From positions 14,818,001 to 14,882,000 of the forward strand of contig CM075987.1 of NCBI GenBank assembly GCA_038087875.1: a stretch of 64,000 nt of DNA, written 5' to 3'. Under the pieces are notes generated by a model. It saw nothing but the letters and a program-made list of their open reading frames with translations. It searched no databases and was not told the DNA's origin. Source of the DNA: Malacoraja senta (Eukaryota). A program made the position numbers and the translations under genes. Position 1 is the stretch's first letter; each line of letters opens with the position of its first letter. Of this stretch, positions 37,395-51,148 are shown one piece after another.

Positions 37395-39482
37395 CTCTAA
37401 ACCTTGCCTATCCATTTATTTGTCCAAATGTCTTTTAGAAGTCATAATTGTATCTGCTTCTGTTGCTTCTCAAGGCCGATACGGACGACCTTTTCAATGA
37501 AAAGATGCCCTATGGGTCCCTCTTAAATCTCTCTCCTCTCACCTGAAGCCTATGCCCTCTAGTTTTAGAATCGTCTCCCCTGAGAACAAGACTGTGAGCA
37601 TTCAATTGATCCAGGTTCCTGACTGTACTACTCCCTATTGGATTGACATAAAAATCTAGTTAACACCCATCTTCCCACTTCATTTTTAAATTATGCTCTT
37701 ATTCTGTAGACTTAAATTAAGAACCTATATTTTTACAATTCAAAAATGGAACTGTTCCCTTATTTACTAAATACGCCAGCTTCCTACACCCAGAATACCA
37801 CCCTGCTTACATATTCATAAGTGAAATATTTTAATTTGGCAATACACTGTTTACTTGTGCAACAATCATCGTAGAACAAAAACATAATTTACACAACTAT
37901 TTGGCCGCCACACTAAATATCAGCTGATTACTAAATTTCACCACTACTTGGTTGTAAATTACTGCTGGAGAAGGTGGATTCTGTACATTTTTACCAGAAA
38001 GCTCTGGATGCAAAATATTTCTAATGCCTAACTTTACTGAAGACAGTTGGGAATAGAGTTAAGTGAGAGTCCGAGAGTCAAGAGTGAAGACAATTTTTTT
38101 CTATGTGGACTCGCATTGTTAATTTAGAAAGCTCTATAACTCTTTGTATCTTCAAGAGTGCTTAATTGTCATATGTATTGGCAGCAGAACAATTACGTTC
38201 TTACTTGCTGCAGCTTAACAGGGCCATTAACACAATAATAAACAGGTAAATATACAATAATTAGTCATATAAATTAATAATAGTGATACAACATGACAAT
38301 AATAATACAAAACCAATGTTCGTAACCAAATGTAACCAAAGACACAGTACATAGAAGATCATAGTTGCTGAGGTTACAGTAAACAGGAATCAAAGCTTAG
38401 TTCATCTTTCTCAAGGAAATCAACTGGACTGTGGATTAAAATGCTTCAAGATGTTTTTTTGTAGTTTAGGTAAACAATTATTGGTCGTTGAATTCAGCTA
38501 GTTTGTGGCGAACCCATGTTAGGTGAAAGATTATCAGTGTGAAACACCAACTTTTACCCTCACCACTCAACTAGTTCCAGTATTTCCAATTTACATTTAA
38601 AGTTTGGGTTTACTTTCTTAAGTGAAATCTTATTGTAACATGAAATCCATGTTTATGCCTAGCATTACAACACAGTGATAGGCACATAGTGCAAATATTT
38701 GGAAAAAATTCTCCCCAAATTATTATTTGTGCCCTGAAGTTGATCCTGGTACTGCTGTTCTCACAGATTCAAGTTCACTAATGTTAAGTAAATGGATGTA
38801 ACATAGTCCATCAACAATACATTCTATGTTATATTCATATTATTCACTTTAAGACCAGCAGTATTAGACTGTTTATGGTTCGTGACTTTGGATAATACAT
38901 ACACAATAATTTCCATTCTGACACTGAGGCACACTGAGGTCCCTAAAGAACCCTAATCAGTTAAACTGTGCTGTAATGCAGAAAGCAATCCTTTGTTTCG
39001 TCTCGAAAATAAAACATGCGCATTACTCAGAGCTACCAGGCTCCACTCGCCTCCAACAAACCTAATCAGACATCAACAATGGCCTGGTTAAAAACAGCAG
39101 TAAATTCAATGAGGCTCAGTTAACTTGGAAAAAACAATAAGGTCATTTATGGCTGCCTAGAATAAAAACATGGACTTGGGAATGAGCTATTTAATTTAAT
39201 AACAATTCTGTTTTTCTTGAAAGGAAAGTTTCATTAATATCTCAAACCTGCATCTAGAGCAATTTCAGATTTTTTAAATATCGATAGATTTGTACTTTGA
39301 AGTTCACATGATGGACCAGCCTGTATTGAATATTTCCATACACCCAGAACTATACCAACACATGGCAAAACCTGAAAGTCCATGGTGGCAGATGCACTCA
39401 GAGGACTGAATCTTTTGCTAGATGAGACTCCATTGATTTCAAAAAATAGAAACAAAGTAGTTCAGATGTGGTTTATACCCAA

Positions 39483-39678
39483 GATAGACACACTGCTGGA
39501 GTAACTCAGCAGGTCAGGCAACATCTCTGGAGAAAAAGGATGTGTAACGTTTTGGGTTAGGACCCTTCTTCAGACCTAGATTTCAGATTGAAGAAGGGTC
39601 CTGACCCAAAACTTCACCCATCTATTTTCTCCAGGAAGGCTGCCTGACCCACTGAGTTACTCCAGCACTTTGTATCTA
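39483..39678. mobile_element. Inverted pair of PLE terminal repeats; further pairs at ~32262-32480, ~40555-40780 and ~48985-49165
   Basis: Mirror arms meet at CCCTTCTTCAGAC...TGAAGAAGGG. Confidence 0.75.
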
Positions 39679-39719
39679 TGCATTGCTTCCAATGTCTACA
39701 AATAAACAGGCAAAGGTGA

Positions 39720-40140
39720 AGGTAGTTACTTTTGCTGTTATTATTGTCACGTTTACTGAGAAACAGCAAAAAGCTTTTGTTTACTACAATCAAGTCACAC
39801 ACAAATACAACAGGCAGTGCAAAGAGAACAATACCAGAGGACAGAATATAGCATTGTAGCACTACAGCCATGGAAAAATAAACAATCAAACGTCCACAGC
39901 GAGTCCATCTAATGGGAGGACCATCCTGTAGTCCACTAACTTCAGGGAAGGAGCTGTTCCTGAATCTGGTGGTACAGGCTTTCAAGCTTTTTAATCTTCT
40001 GCCCAACAGGAGGGGGAGAAGTGGGAATGACCAGGGCGTAAGTGGTCCATGATTAAGTTGGCCCCTTTCCCAAGGCAGCATGAAGTGTAGATGGGGAAGA
40101 TGTTAGGCTGGCTGGTCTGTGTGATGGGCTGGGCTATTTT
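39720..40140 (-). mobile_element. Rex1/Babar-type LINE 3' end
   Basis: ORF 39614..40081 contains GRRLKSLKACTTRFRNSSFP, the Rex1/Babar ORF C-terminal motif. Confidence 0.7.
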
Positions 40141-40904
40141 GATTTATTTTAAATTATTTTGATGTGTATGTTTTTAGTTAGTTTTTTAGTTGCTGCTGTT
40201 TTCATTGATAACTTCAATTGCAACATTTTTGGGAAACATCTCTGATAATAAGAAACTTTTAAAAATCATTAAGTCAATGACAGGTTTCAGAGCCTGTTCT
40301 AGCCTTGCCAACTACTGCAGATATTCTGGGGAAAGGGCCTCCAAACATCATTAAAGGATGCCAGATAACATCGAGGCTACAAGACTTGACCCAGACTGTA
40401 GAGGGCCAGGAAGATTAACTCTTCACAACCAGCCAAGATAAATACAGACATCAACAGTGGCCTGGTTAAAAAACAGCAGTCAAGTCACGATTGGCAAGCT
40501 GGATCTTACCCAAACCAGTCCAAATCAACATGCAAATACACAAACAATAATTAACCAGCGGGACAAGCAGCATCTCTGGAGAGAATGAATGGGTGACATA
40601 TCTCTCTACATCATCGTCTATATCTCTCATTTTCCCTTCCAGTGACTTTCAGTCTGAAGAAGGGTCTTGACCCAAAATGTCACCCATTCCTTCTCTCCAG
40701 AGATGCAGCCTGGCCCGCTGAGTTACTCCAGCATTTTGCGTCTATCGCTGGTTTAAACCAGCATCTGCAGTTCCTTCCTCCTAATAATTTACGTAACTGG
40801 TCTATCATATATGGTAATTAATAATTATTCACCTAACTGATTAAGTTTTTTGAGGAGGTAAAAAATAAGATCCACATGGCAGGCTGCTCTGGCTAGACTG
40901 GCAA

Positions 40905-41275
40905 AAACACTGGCTAGACCAAACTTGGAGTTTAGTTTGCACTACAGGAAGGATGTGTTTGCATTAGAGAGAGTGCAGAGGAGATTCACCAGGGTGTTGC
41001 CTGGATTGGAGGATTTTAGTTATTGGGATCGATTGGACAGGCTGGGCTTATTTTCCTTTTAACAAAAGAGGCAGAGGGATGACCTAATAGAGATATGTAA
41101 AATTATAAGAGGCGTAGGTAGGGTAGATAGTCAGAATCTTTTTCCCATTGAAGCGATATTAAAAAAAAGATGTTGCCTGGCCCAGCACATTACTCCAGCA
41201 TTTTGTGTTTATCTTTAAAAAAAGATAGGTTTAAGGTGAGAAGAAATGTTTGTAAATGTGATTTGATAGGATTGT
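40905..41275 (+). mobile_element. CR1 3' fragment
   Basis: DVFALERVQRRFTRVLPGLE...DRLGLF-type sequence. Confidence 0.75.
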
Positions 41276-41277
41276 TC

Positions 41278-41308
<31 letters not shown>

Positions 41309-43077
41309 AATACAATCTCTACACTTAACAGTAAACGAATTCTTCAAAACTGTTACCTAGACAGATTTGATTCATAATTGATACAGGTCTCAAGAATGAA
41401 ATGCCATAAACTATGAATATGTAAATGTTAAACAACATGCCTACCCTAAAATATTAAATATAGTCCGTACGCATTAACAAAAGTCGTCTCTCAATTTAAG
41501 TTAACTTTACATTTGAGAGTGTGGTCACATGGGTCTTTTCACAAAAAGAGCATTATTCAAGATATGAAATCAATGAGCAATTGAGCATTTATCAAACACT
41601 GTCCTCAGTGTTTAGTAATATTGTTCCACATTCCATGCATTATGATAACCTTATGATGTTCAGCAGCTCCACATAAATTGGCGTGGCAGCCTCTGCTTTG
41701 GTTACATGTTTCTCTGCTATATTTAAAAATGTCAATTTCTTGACTTTTTCCATGTCTAAAATTTCTCATCTATGGCTTAATATGAAGGAGTTGTTTCTGA
41801 AATCTTTTCACAGACTATAGATACAGAGAAGGCCCTAAAATGAATGCAATATTAAAGTTGCAATAATGCATAAAACCAGCATTATTTTTAGACGCACCCA
41901 TTCTAATGACATCAGGGATTCCTTTTTATCCAATTTTTCCTTTCTTACTATTAACTCTTGCTATATTAGTTTTATTTAAACTTTAATTTCTTCAAGGATC
42001 CACTGCAGAGTGAGCTATTACTTTATTTCCTGCAGGAAACTTTCAGCAATCATGATTCAAAGATTCCGATTTTCTTCTTTGCCAATTCCCATCACAAATG
42101 TTTTTTTTTTTTTAGAAATCCTTTTATCATTTCCTTTCCCTCAATTCAATGCAGATAGTTTTAATTGCTCCCCCTCCTTTTCCATTCTCACATCATCTTC
42201 AACTTGTTTTGAAGATACTAAATCTGAATTGTTTCACAGTTACACACACTGGTAATTCGTGCACAGAGTCCCACAACAAATATCATACATGACTATTTTA
42301 AGGGATCAATGTCTTCATGGACGTCAGAGAGTTGCCTTTTCTTCATATTTTAATACTTCAAAATCTTTCACATTCACCCAATAAAGCAGGTACCCGATTT
42401 GAAAACCTGCAGTTCTACCAAGTGAAAATCCAGTTGAGAGACATGGAAGACTGCCGGTGCTGCAGAGAGGGAGAAGCGCGAGGGGGCATCTGTTCATCTA
42501 ATTTATTGGTTCGAGCATGAAAAGGTTAATCCAATCTCAGGCTCAGGAACAGCAGTGCTACCACTGATTTATAGGCTAAGGTGGGAGGGGAGATATGTCA
42601 GAGAGACTTCAGGAGCAACATTTTCTCCCAGAGGGTAGTCTATATCTGGAATAAGCTTTCCGAGAAAGATATAAAAGTGGATACAATTATGACTTTTGAA
42701 TGACATTTATACAGAATATATGGAAAGGAAGGCCATGGTCCAAATGCAAGCAAACTGCTCTAGCCCAGTATGCAAAATTGGTTGGTATGGACAAGGTGGA
42801 TCAAATGGCCTATTTCTGTGCAGTACAGCTCAATGACATTATGTTTAGATTTTCAGGAATGAAGAGACCTGCGTTTAGTGCAGAAAATGGCACTAAAGTG
42901 AAAGGTCAACAGGTGAAAGGAAAATTAGGTGCTGATCCGCCAGTTTACATGTGGCCTCACTCTGGCAATGGAGGAAGCCCGGGACAGAAAGGTCAGTGTG
43001 TGAATGGGAATGGGAAGGAATGTTAAAATGGTTGGCCACCGGGAGATCCAGCAGGCCTTGGCGGATCTAGCACATGT

Positions 43078-43745
43078 AGGCGATGCCTTGCCTGGGTCGC
43101 CGCGCTGGATCGACGCGCTGGAGCTCCGGTGAGCTGTGACCGCCGAGTTCAACACCTCCGGGCTGCGGGACTGCGGAGTGGCCAGCTGCAGGCGGCGGCG
43201 CCAACTCTGACATCGGGAGCCTCGGAGCTCCATACCGGCGCGGCCTTGTTGGCTTCAGAGACCACGGACTCCGGTAGGGAATCGGCCGTTCCAGCCGTCC
43301 CAGCCGCTGTGAGGACTCTCCCGACGCCGGGGCAACAGCACCCAGCGAGAACGGCCAGGAACATCGGGCCTCCGTAGAGGCAACTGTGGAGGCCTCAATA
43401 GGCCTGACTTCGGGAGAACTGGGGTTGGGGACTGGACACAGTGGTAATCATTGTGGGGGGATGATTTCTGTGTGTAAATGATTGTTTTACTCTCTGTCCA
43501 AGATGGCTGCCGGAAGGGAGAGTGGACGCTGGCGCGCTTTAGCTGCCGCTGTTCTCTTTCATATTGTGTTTTTGATTTGTGTTTTCGGATTGAATTCTGT
43601 CTTTAATTTGTGTACTCGTGATGTCTTTACTATTTATTTTATTCTGCTTACATGTTTTTACACTATTTGTTAAACTTTGTAAGGTGTCCTTGAGACTTTT
43701 GAAAGGCGCCCATAAATAAAATGTATTATTATTATTATTATTATT
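43078..43745 (+). mobile_element. GC/CpG-rich non-autonomous retroelement with L2-like tail and (ATT)n, inserted into a PLE fragment (42925-43077 and 43746-43780)
   Basis: Tail TGTAAGGTGTCCTTGAG...GAAAGGCGCCCATAAATAAAATGT(ATT)n; the PLE sequence resumes as CAGTGAAATGGTCGCCTAGTCT. Confidence 0.65.
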
Positions 43746-45528
43746 CAGTGAAATGGTCGCCTAGTCTATCCTTGATCTGTAACGCTTTTTATACATGCAG
43801 GCTAACTTTAATTACAGCCATTCATGCAGCTGATGGGTCCAACCACAAACAGGATCCTGAAGTTGGCAGCATTATAATTAACAGATGTCCATGATCAGAG
43901 GGATATATTTAGGCACTCTAAGATAATGATAAAGCAACATCCACAAACATGTTTCCAATAACCCACACTTTTCTTTGCTTTGAAAACTTGGGGAAAGCAA
44001 CAGTAACAGCTTCTCAGCTTCAAAAATAGTGAGATCACCCTAACTATAATTTTATTCAAAGTAATTATCAAAACTATACACTTAATGAGACATACTTCAA
44101 CTGCTACAATTGTAAATGTGTCTCTTTCACACCCACTTTGGACAGTGAGGAAGATAGTCTAACAGTTAACATCTAGGACAGGGTTGAGAGTTGGACAGGA
44201 AAATAGTTCAATTCCTGCCAATTGCTGGAATAAAGATTAGCCACTGAGTACTTTCCATCCGTGGACATTTCCCCATAGCAGGGTTACAATACAAGCCAAA
44301 GACAACCTGAGATCTAAGTTTTATTATGGTAGTGTAATCATTCTCAGAACTCCATTACTCCAACATTCATTATTTGAATTGAGATTGCATCAGTCAATCA
44401 ATTCCAGTCATTAATCAGTCAGAATAAAGTCCAGCTAAATATGAAAATAAAATTTCTATTATTTAATTCAATAAAATTTCAATGGTTTAATTTCTCTTTT
44501 GGATAATTGAGAAGAATCTTTTTTAGTTTTAAAGCCAAACATAGTGATACTAACCCTAAATATGAACAACAGCCCTTAAGAAGATTGTGGTGACTAATTC
44601 GATGAGAAGTCATTGGCTTGCTATATCATTTGCGAAATCATTTCCAATCCTGACTCTGTACAGGCTGAATGGAGAAACATAAGATTTATTTCCCTGTAGG
44701 ACACAGGTTACTCAGATAGGGCTTTAAGAGAGCCTTGAACCCCATTGGCACTTTTTGACATTTATTCAAGATTTTTATTCAATTAATCATTTACATTAAA
44801 TTCCTAAATTAAATTGTCCTGGTGAACCATTAGTTCTGTTCAGGAGTCATACAATACCAAAACAAGCCCTTTGGCCCAACTCGACAATGCCAACCAAGAC
44901 ACCCTCTCTAAGCAAGTCTCATTTGACTGCTTTTGACTCGTATCTCTCTAATCCTTTCGTATCCATCAACCAGTCCAACCTTCTACACCCTCTATGTTGA
45001 AAAAAAAATGTCTCTCAGGTTCCAATGAAATCTTTCCCCTTTCACCACAAACCTATGGTCTCCAATTCTTGATTCCCCTATCCAGAAAAAACACACCGTG
45101 CATTGACTGTCTATTCCCCTCATGATTTTATTCACCTATATGAAATCACCCCTCAGCCTCCTGCGCTCAAAACGATACGAGTGATCCTCCTGTATTACTT
45201 TTAATAAGTTCACAACATGAACTTAACCTATCGCAACTGTCAAATAGCAAAAGTGCATTTCCTTCAAACTTCTTGTGCTTTCAAAAGTGCAATATTCAGT
45301 TAAAATAATAAAACTAATTAATGGTCATGTCAAGAGTGCTTCATTGTTAATGGAAGAACAAAGTTCTTGCTTGCTGCAGCTTAAGAGAATTGTTAATGCA
45401 ATAAATATATAATAATCAATAATGCAATAAGTTCATAATCATAGTATTAGGTGACCAGAATAATGTAAAACCAAAGTCCGCAGCACAACCAATGACAAAG
45501 TGCATCAAAGGAAATTGCAGAGTCATCA

Positions 45529-45714
<186 letters not shown>

Positions 45715-46009
45715 CTATCAGTTTTTAAACAATGTGTGTGGAACAAAATAGACAAAAGGAAAAACAAAGCATTGTTCTGATTTCCACAGACTCTATGTTT
45801 TGTCCATCTTATAACAAGAGAAAAAGCGCCAATATGAAATCTAGTCTGAAGACGGGTCCCGACCCAAAATGTCATCTGTCCATTCCCTCCACAGATGCTG
45901 CCTGACCCACTGAGATCCTCCAGCACTTAGTGTTTGCTCAAGATTCGAGCATCAGAAGTCTCTTGCGTCTGCATCTTATCATTCACATGTTGTAGGTCCC
46001 ACCATGCTT

Positions 46010-46600
46010 TCCTGCCTTCCTCAATGAACTGCAGTTTATGGCCTTTGATGGTAACGGTAGACTGAGGGATCTACGGGGTGTAGATTTCAACCACTATTGA
46101 AATTGTCTGCAATACTTGCTGGATGTGCAGTTTTGAGCTGCCCGGTTTGTTTTACTCTCGTTAGTGTGTTTGAAGTGCGAAACGTAATGGAGGATGCCAT
46201 CGCCGTGAGATTGGGACTTCATCTCCCTGTGCAGTGGACACTTCCACCAATACATCCATGACAGATTAGTGAGGATTACCCAGACCAGCAGCAATGTCCC
46301 GATGAGTTTCAGGAGTTGGGCAGTGTTGGTGGGTGAGAAGTGGATAGGAGCGCAATCTATGCCCTTGCTGCCTCATGGGTTTCTTCCAAACTTTGTCCGA
46401 TGTGGAAGATTCATAAGTGAAGGACGAAATTATCTGGTGATGAGGATGATTCCTTCTCCATGTTTGACCTGTGCCGTGATTTCTCATGGGGTCAGTAATC
46501 AACACTGATCATAGTGATTTCCTGCTGCCTTTATACCCCTGTGATACTGCCCCAAGATGGCATATCCTACCAGTGGAACAGGATATAACCAGGCATCACC
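46010..46600 (-). mobile_element. Degenerate RTE-clade LINE fragment (tentative)
   Basis: Minus-strand ...VTIKGHKLQFIE resembles the post-RT segment of RTE/BovB; otherwise heavily decayed. Confidence 0.35.
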
Positions 46601-47088
46601 TCGGCAAGTCTGACCAACTTAACTGAATCTTTTGAGAAAGAAATAAAGTTAGCCAAAGAGAGTGCAGCATTTCATTTAGGGTGCATGGCCGTTAACAAGA
46701 TATTTTAGTGACTGAAACGCTGTTTCATGTGGGATTAGAGGTCTGTATTAGGTTCTTTGCTCCTTTGATATTAACAGTGGATGATTTAGACTATCATTTA
46801 GATATGATTAGTACATTTGCAACACTAACAAAAGTTGCTGATCCAACTGACAAAGTGAGGAGAGCAGCTGTAAACGATACAAGAAAACAATGGATGGTGA
46901 GAGGGTGAAATGTGTCAAATAAAATGTACTAAGGACACATGACAGATGGTGCATTTACAGAGACTTACATTTGAGGTACTAGTATGAAATAATTGAACAA
47001 ATTTGTTAACAGTTAAAATTTGGAAAGGGGCACTATTCAGTAACACGAGGTAGCATAAATTAAGCATTGAATGTTGGACCAAACTTAC

Positions 47089-47151
47089 TGCTTCGAGTTG
47101 TTTCCAACAGCTTTCTATGTGCTGCTGCGCCCTTCGCCCTTCCTGGAAATG
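47089..47151 (-). CDS. FNBP1: FNBP1 coding exon (~exon 5, 63 nt, F-BAR): HFQEGRRAQQHIESCWKQLEA
   Basis: Acceptor cttccag|CAT, donor GCA|gtaagt; phase 0/0; not in the ORF track. Confidence 0.93.
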
Positions 47152-47446
47152 CTGGAAGAGAAATAGACAAATTATGTTTCTGCAAATAGATACTGTTTCG
47201 TTCCTGTCTGAGATTCATTTTATCGCCAAAGGTGAAACATTATTTCAAATAATTTACTACTGCCACTGACAATTCATTAGCCATATTTTTTTTAGTTTAA
47301 CAGTTTAATACTAATTAGTTACTTTGGTTGATACATTATGATGATAATTAACGTCTGATTTCTTGAACATCTTTCACCCATCACATGAACAATGTCAGGA
47401 AATCACAAATAGCCAATTAATTTCAAAATACTCTCTGTTTTACAAG

Positions 47447-48237
47447 TTTAAGAAAGAACTGCAGATGTTGGAAAAATCGAAGGTAGACAAAAATGCTGGA
47501 GGAACTCAGCGGGTGAGGCAGCATCTATGGAGAGAAGGAATAGGCGATGTTTCTGGTCGAGACCCTTCTTCAGACTGATGTCGGGGTGCGGGAAAAAGAA
47601 AGGAAGACGCGGAGACAGTAGGCTTGTGGGAGAGCTGGGAAGGGGAGGGAAAGGAGGGAGAAAGCAAGGACTATCTGAAATTAGAGAAGTCAATGTTCAT
47701 ACCGCTGGGATGTAAACTACCTAAGCGAAATATGAGGTGTTGTTCCTCCAATTTTCGCTGGGTCTCACTCTGGCAATGGAGGAGGCCCAGGCAGAAAGGT
47801 CAGATTTGGAATGGGAGGGGACGTTGAAGTGCTGAGCCACCGGGAGATCAGGTTGATTGGGGCGAACGGAGCGGAGGTGTTGGGCGAAGCGATCGCTGAG
47901 CCTACGCTTGGACTCGCCGATGTAGGCAAGTTGACACCTGGAACAGCGGATGCAGTAGATGAGGTGGGAGGTGAACCTCTGCCTCGCCTGGAAAGACTGC
48001 TTGGGTCCTTGGATGGAGTGGAGGGGGGAGGTAAAGCAACAAGTGTAGCATTTCCTGTGGTTCCAAGGGAAAGTACCCGGGGAATGGGTGGTTTGGGTGG
48101 GAAGGGACGAATTGACCAGGGAGATACGGAGGGAACAGTCTCTGCGGAGAGCAGAAAGGGGAGGAGATGGGAAGATGTGGCCAGTGGTAGGAGCCCATTG
48201 GAGGTGGCGAAAATGTCGGAGGATTACCTCTGTCCAC
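47447..48237 (-). mobile_element. PLE 3' fragment with GIY-YIG endonuclease and terminal repeat; 14-bp TSD
   Basis: Minus-strand LIYCIRCSRCQLAYIGESKRRLSDRFAQHLRS...KLEEQHLIFRLGSLHPSGMNIDFSNF; CTCTGTTTTACAAG at 47433-47446 and 48238-48251. Confidence 0.88.
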
Positions 48238-48604
48238 CTCTGTTTTACAAGAGTAGGTCAGTTCAAAATGAATGTTAATGAGCCTAATGAAGGATTGTAC
48301 AGCATAGAAACAGGCCCTTTGGTCCACCATGCCAACTAAGTTGGCATACTGGGCTAGTGTCATTTGCCTGCATTTGGCGCATATCGTTCTAAACCCTTCC
48401 TATCCACACATCTGTCCAAATATTTTTTTTTATTGTAATTGTATCCGCTTCTACAGCTTCCTTTGGCACCTCCTTCCAGATAGGGATTACCCTCCAAGTG
48501 AAAAAGTTGCCTGAGATCCCTTTTAAATCCCTCTCCTCACACCCTCTAGTTTAGAATTCTGCACCGATCAAAAACGACTGTGAGCATTCACATTATCCAT
48601 GCCC

Positions 48605-48932
48605 CCCCTGATCTTGCCCAGATTAGGGGAATCAAGGACCAGAGGACGTAGGTTCAAGGTGAAGGGGAAAAGATTTAATAGGAATCTGAGGGGTAACCTT
48701 TTCACACAAAGGGTGGTGGGTGTATGGAACAAACTGCCAGAGGAGGTAGTTGAGGCTGGGACTATCCCAACGTTTAAGAAACAGTTAGTTTGACAGGTTC
48801 ATGGATAGGACAGGTTTGGAGGGATATGGACCAAGCGCAGGCAGGTGGGACTAGTGTAGCTGGGACATGTTGGCCGGTGTGGGTGAGTTAAGCAGAAGGG
48901 CCTGTTTCCACACAGCATCACTCTATGACTAT
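48605..48932 (+). mobile_element. CR1 3' end
   Basis: RTRGRRFKVKG...FTQRVVGVWNKLPEEVVEAG. Confidence 0.85.
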
Positions 48933-50919
48933 GGTCTCAATATGCTCCCAAGTGAGGAATAGTTCAGAGTACATTGAGAATGGAGGCAAAAGAAACTGCA
49001 GATGCTAGAGGAACTCAGTCAGGTAGCAGCTGTGGAGGAATGGCCAGACTACATTTCGGGTTCGGAAATGGGTCAATGTTTCGAAGAAGGATCTCGACCC
49101 AAAATGTCATCCATCCAATTCCCTTCACAGATGCTGCCTGATCCGCTAAGCACGGCAGGCACTGTTTAAAAAAAAATTGTAATAGTTTTTAGTTTCAAAG
49201 AAATTTACGTAAAATTCTAGATTTGAAAGTGATCAACACGCAACGTAGGAGGCTTAATTATTACCTGCAGCTAATTTGATGAAAGCTTTCAAGTCAGATT
49301 TTGGAGAACCAGCCCTGGAAAGATTCCTCCCCACCTCCCCTCTCCAACTGCAGCCATAGAACAATGTGGTCACCAGCGTACAAGAAGAAAGCTCACATTT
49401 ACTCCGTTATTAGTTTGGTTCCTAATTATGAATTAGTTAAGAGCAGATTGAGACACGAGGAACAGTAGATGATGGAACCTTGAGCAAAACACAAAGTCCA
49501 GGAGCAACTTAGCAGATTGGGCAGCATTTGTGGAGGCAATGGATTGACTACATTTTTGGGTTGGGCCCTTTCTAGAGTCTGATGAGAGTAGGACCTAGAA
49601 AGCTGGAAAAGTACGGCAGGTCAAGACGTGGCAAGTGATAGGTGGATAAAGGTGAGGGGGGGGGCGGGGTTTAACTGGCAGATGGGAAGAAATTACACAG
49701 TAAACGACACAGGTGAGAGGTGAAAAAGAGACAAAAAGGTGGCAAATAAAGAAAGGAGGAGTGAAATGTTAAACCAGGAAGAAGGGAGATTGGTGGATGG
49801 GGACAGATTGAGAGTCAAAGTTAAAACCTTTTGTGGGTGCACAGTGCAGTTACTTCATTCAACAAAATGACAAACATTAAAGCCTATGTTAGTTTATTCC
49901 AAAAAGGCCAGGCATGCATGAATTTATCTCAGGTTACTTTACAAAGTACTCCTTGGATTTTTAAAAACGAAGAAAGGAATTTTCAAAAAGTTCAACAATT
50001 TAATTTAGTCAATTGGAAGAAGCAGCGCACAATATCATGGCCAGTGGTGCAATAAGTCAGGGATTTTTTCACGGAGCCTCATCTCAGTTAGTGCAACAAT
50101 TTACTATGTGATGGAAAGTGTGGCGTCATCAGTTTCTCCATTTGTAGAGTGCGTGACAACCCACAGTGGAAGTGGTAGGCTCTGCAGGAAACCATTAACG
50201 GTTTCTTGGTGCTGACAAACAGCATACTAACTACTCAATGACTTTGCTTCCATGGAAGCCTCACAACGACCTTGCCCGTAAGCATTTATTTTAAAATTAC
50301 ACTTCTATTTACATTTTACACCAATTGTTCGATTTCGATGTCCAAACAATCAACGCCGAGGTTGACAGACCTTTATGCCATTAAAGTTGCTGACAGAGGA
50401 CCATTGTGTTTCTCATCCTGCATGGCAGCCTGTGAAAGACTTCTGTGCATGCAGTAATTTAACTGCAAGCATAAGGCCACCTAGAATCTGCAGAGAAAAT
50501 TCTGCTTTCACTTCCTGGCTTCCTTCAATGCAGAATTCACTAAGTTGTCATAGACTCATACTGCACCGAAACAGGCCCTTTAGCCCAACTCGTCCATGCC
50601 GACCAAGATGCCCTCATGTAGCCCCATTTACACAATATTCCTCTAAACCTTTTCTATCCGTGTACCCACACAAGTGTCTTTTAAATGTATTTTTAAATAT
50701 GAACAATTATAATATCTTCCAAGACACATTGCAAAAGTAAATTTGTGGGATTTTTCAAAGCTACAATATTGAAATGTCTGAATATAATGTTGCAAAACTT
50801 AACCTTTGTTGATTATTTCCAACACTTTTGACCTGACCTCTGCATTATACTTCTACACTGACTTCTCCTTCTACATCAGCCAATATTAAAGACCTACACC
50901 ACTCTGGCCACACTCAAAA

Positions 50920-51148
50920 AGAACCATGCCGACCAAATTTTACTCGCGGAAAATTTGTCAACATGCTGAAAGTTTTTCCACGACCTAGCTGAGGCCACGA
51001 GTATTTGGGAACTTCCCTCGAGCATGAAGGAGCGTTCCAGTGACCTCATAGGACCTCCTAGGACCACGTGTCGACCATGCTGCGAGTTTGAGTCGAGGGC
51101 AAACTAATTTAAACTCGCAGATTAGGTCGCTGCAGTGGGACAGCCCCT
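50920..51148. mobile_element. Partial Harbinger-type MITE (right TIR only), within a Rex1/Babar fragment
   Basis: Ends CAGTGGGACAGCCCCT|TTA; internal TCAACATG.TGAAA motif shared with the 24698 MITE. Confidence 0.6.

Noticed and set aside
42925-43400. CpG island as an alternative FNBP1 promoter
   Set aside because: The CpG-rich tract coincides with a retroposon that has an (ATT)n tail and is nested in a PLE
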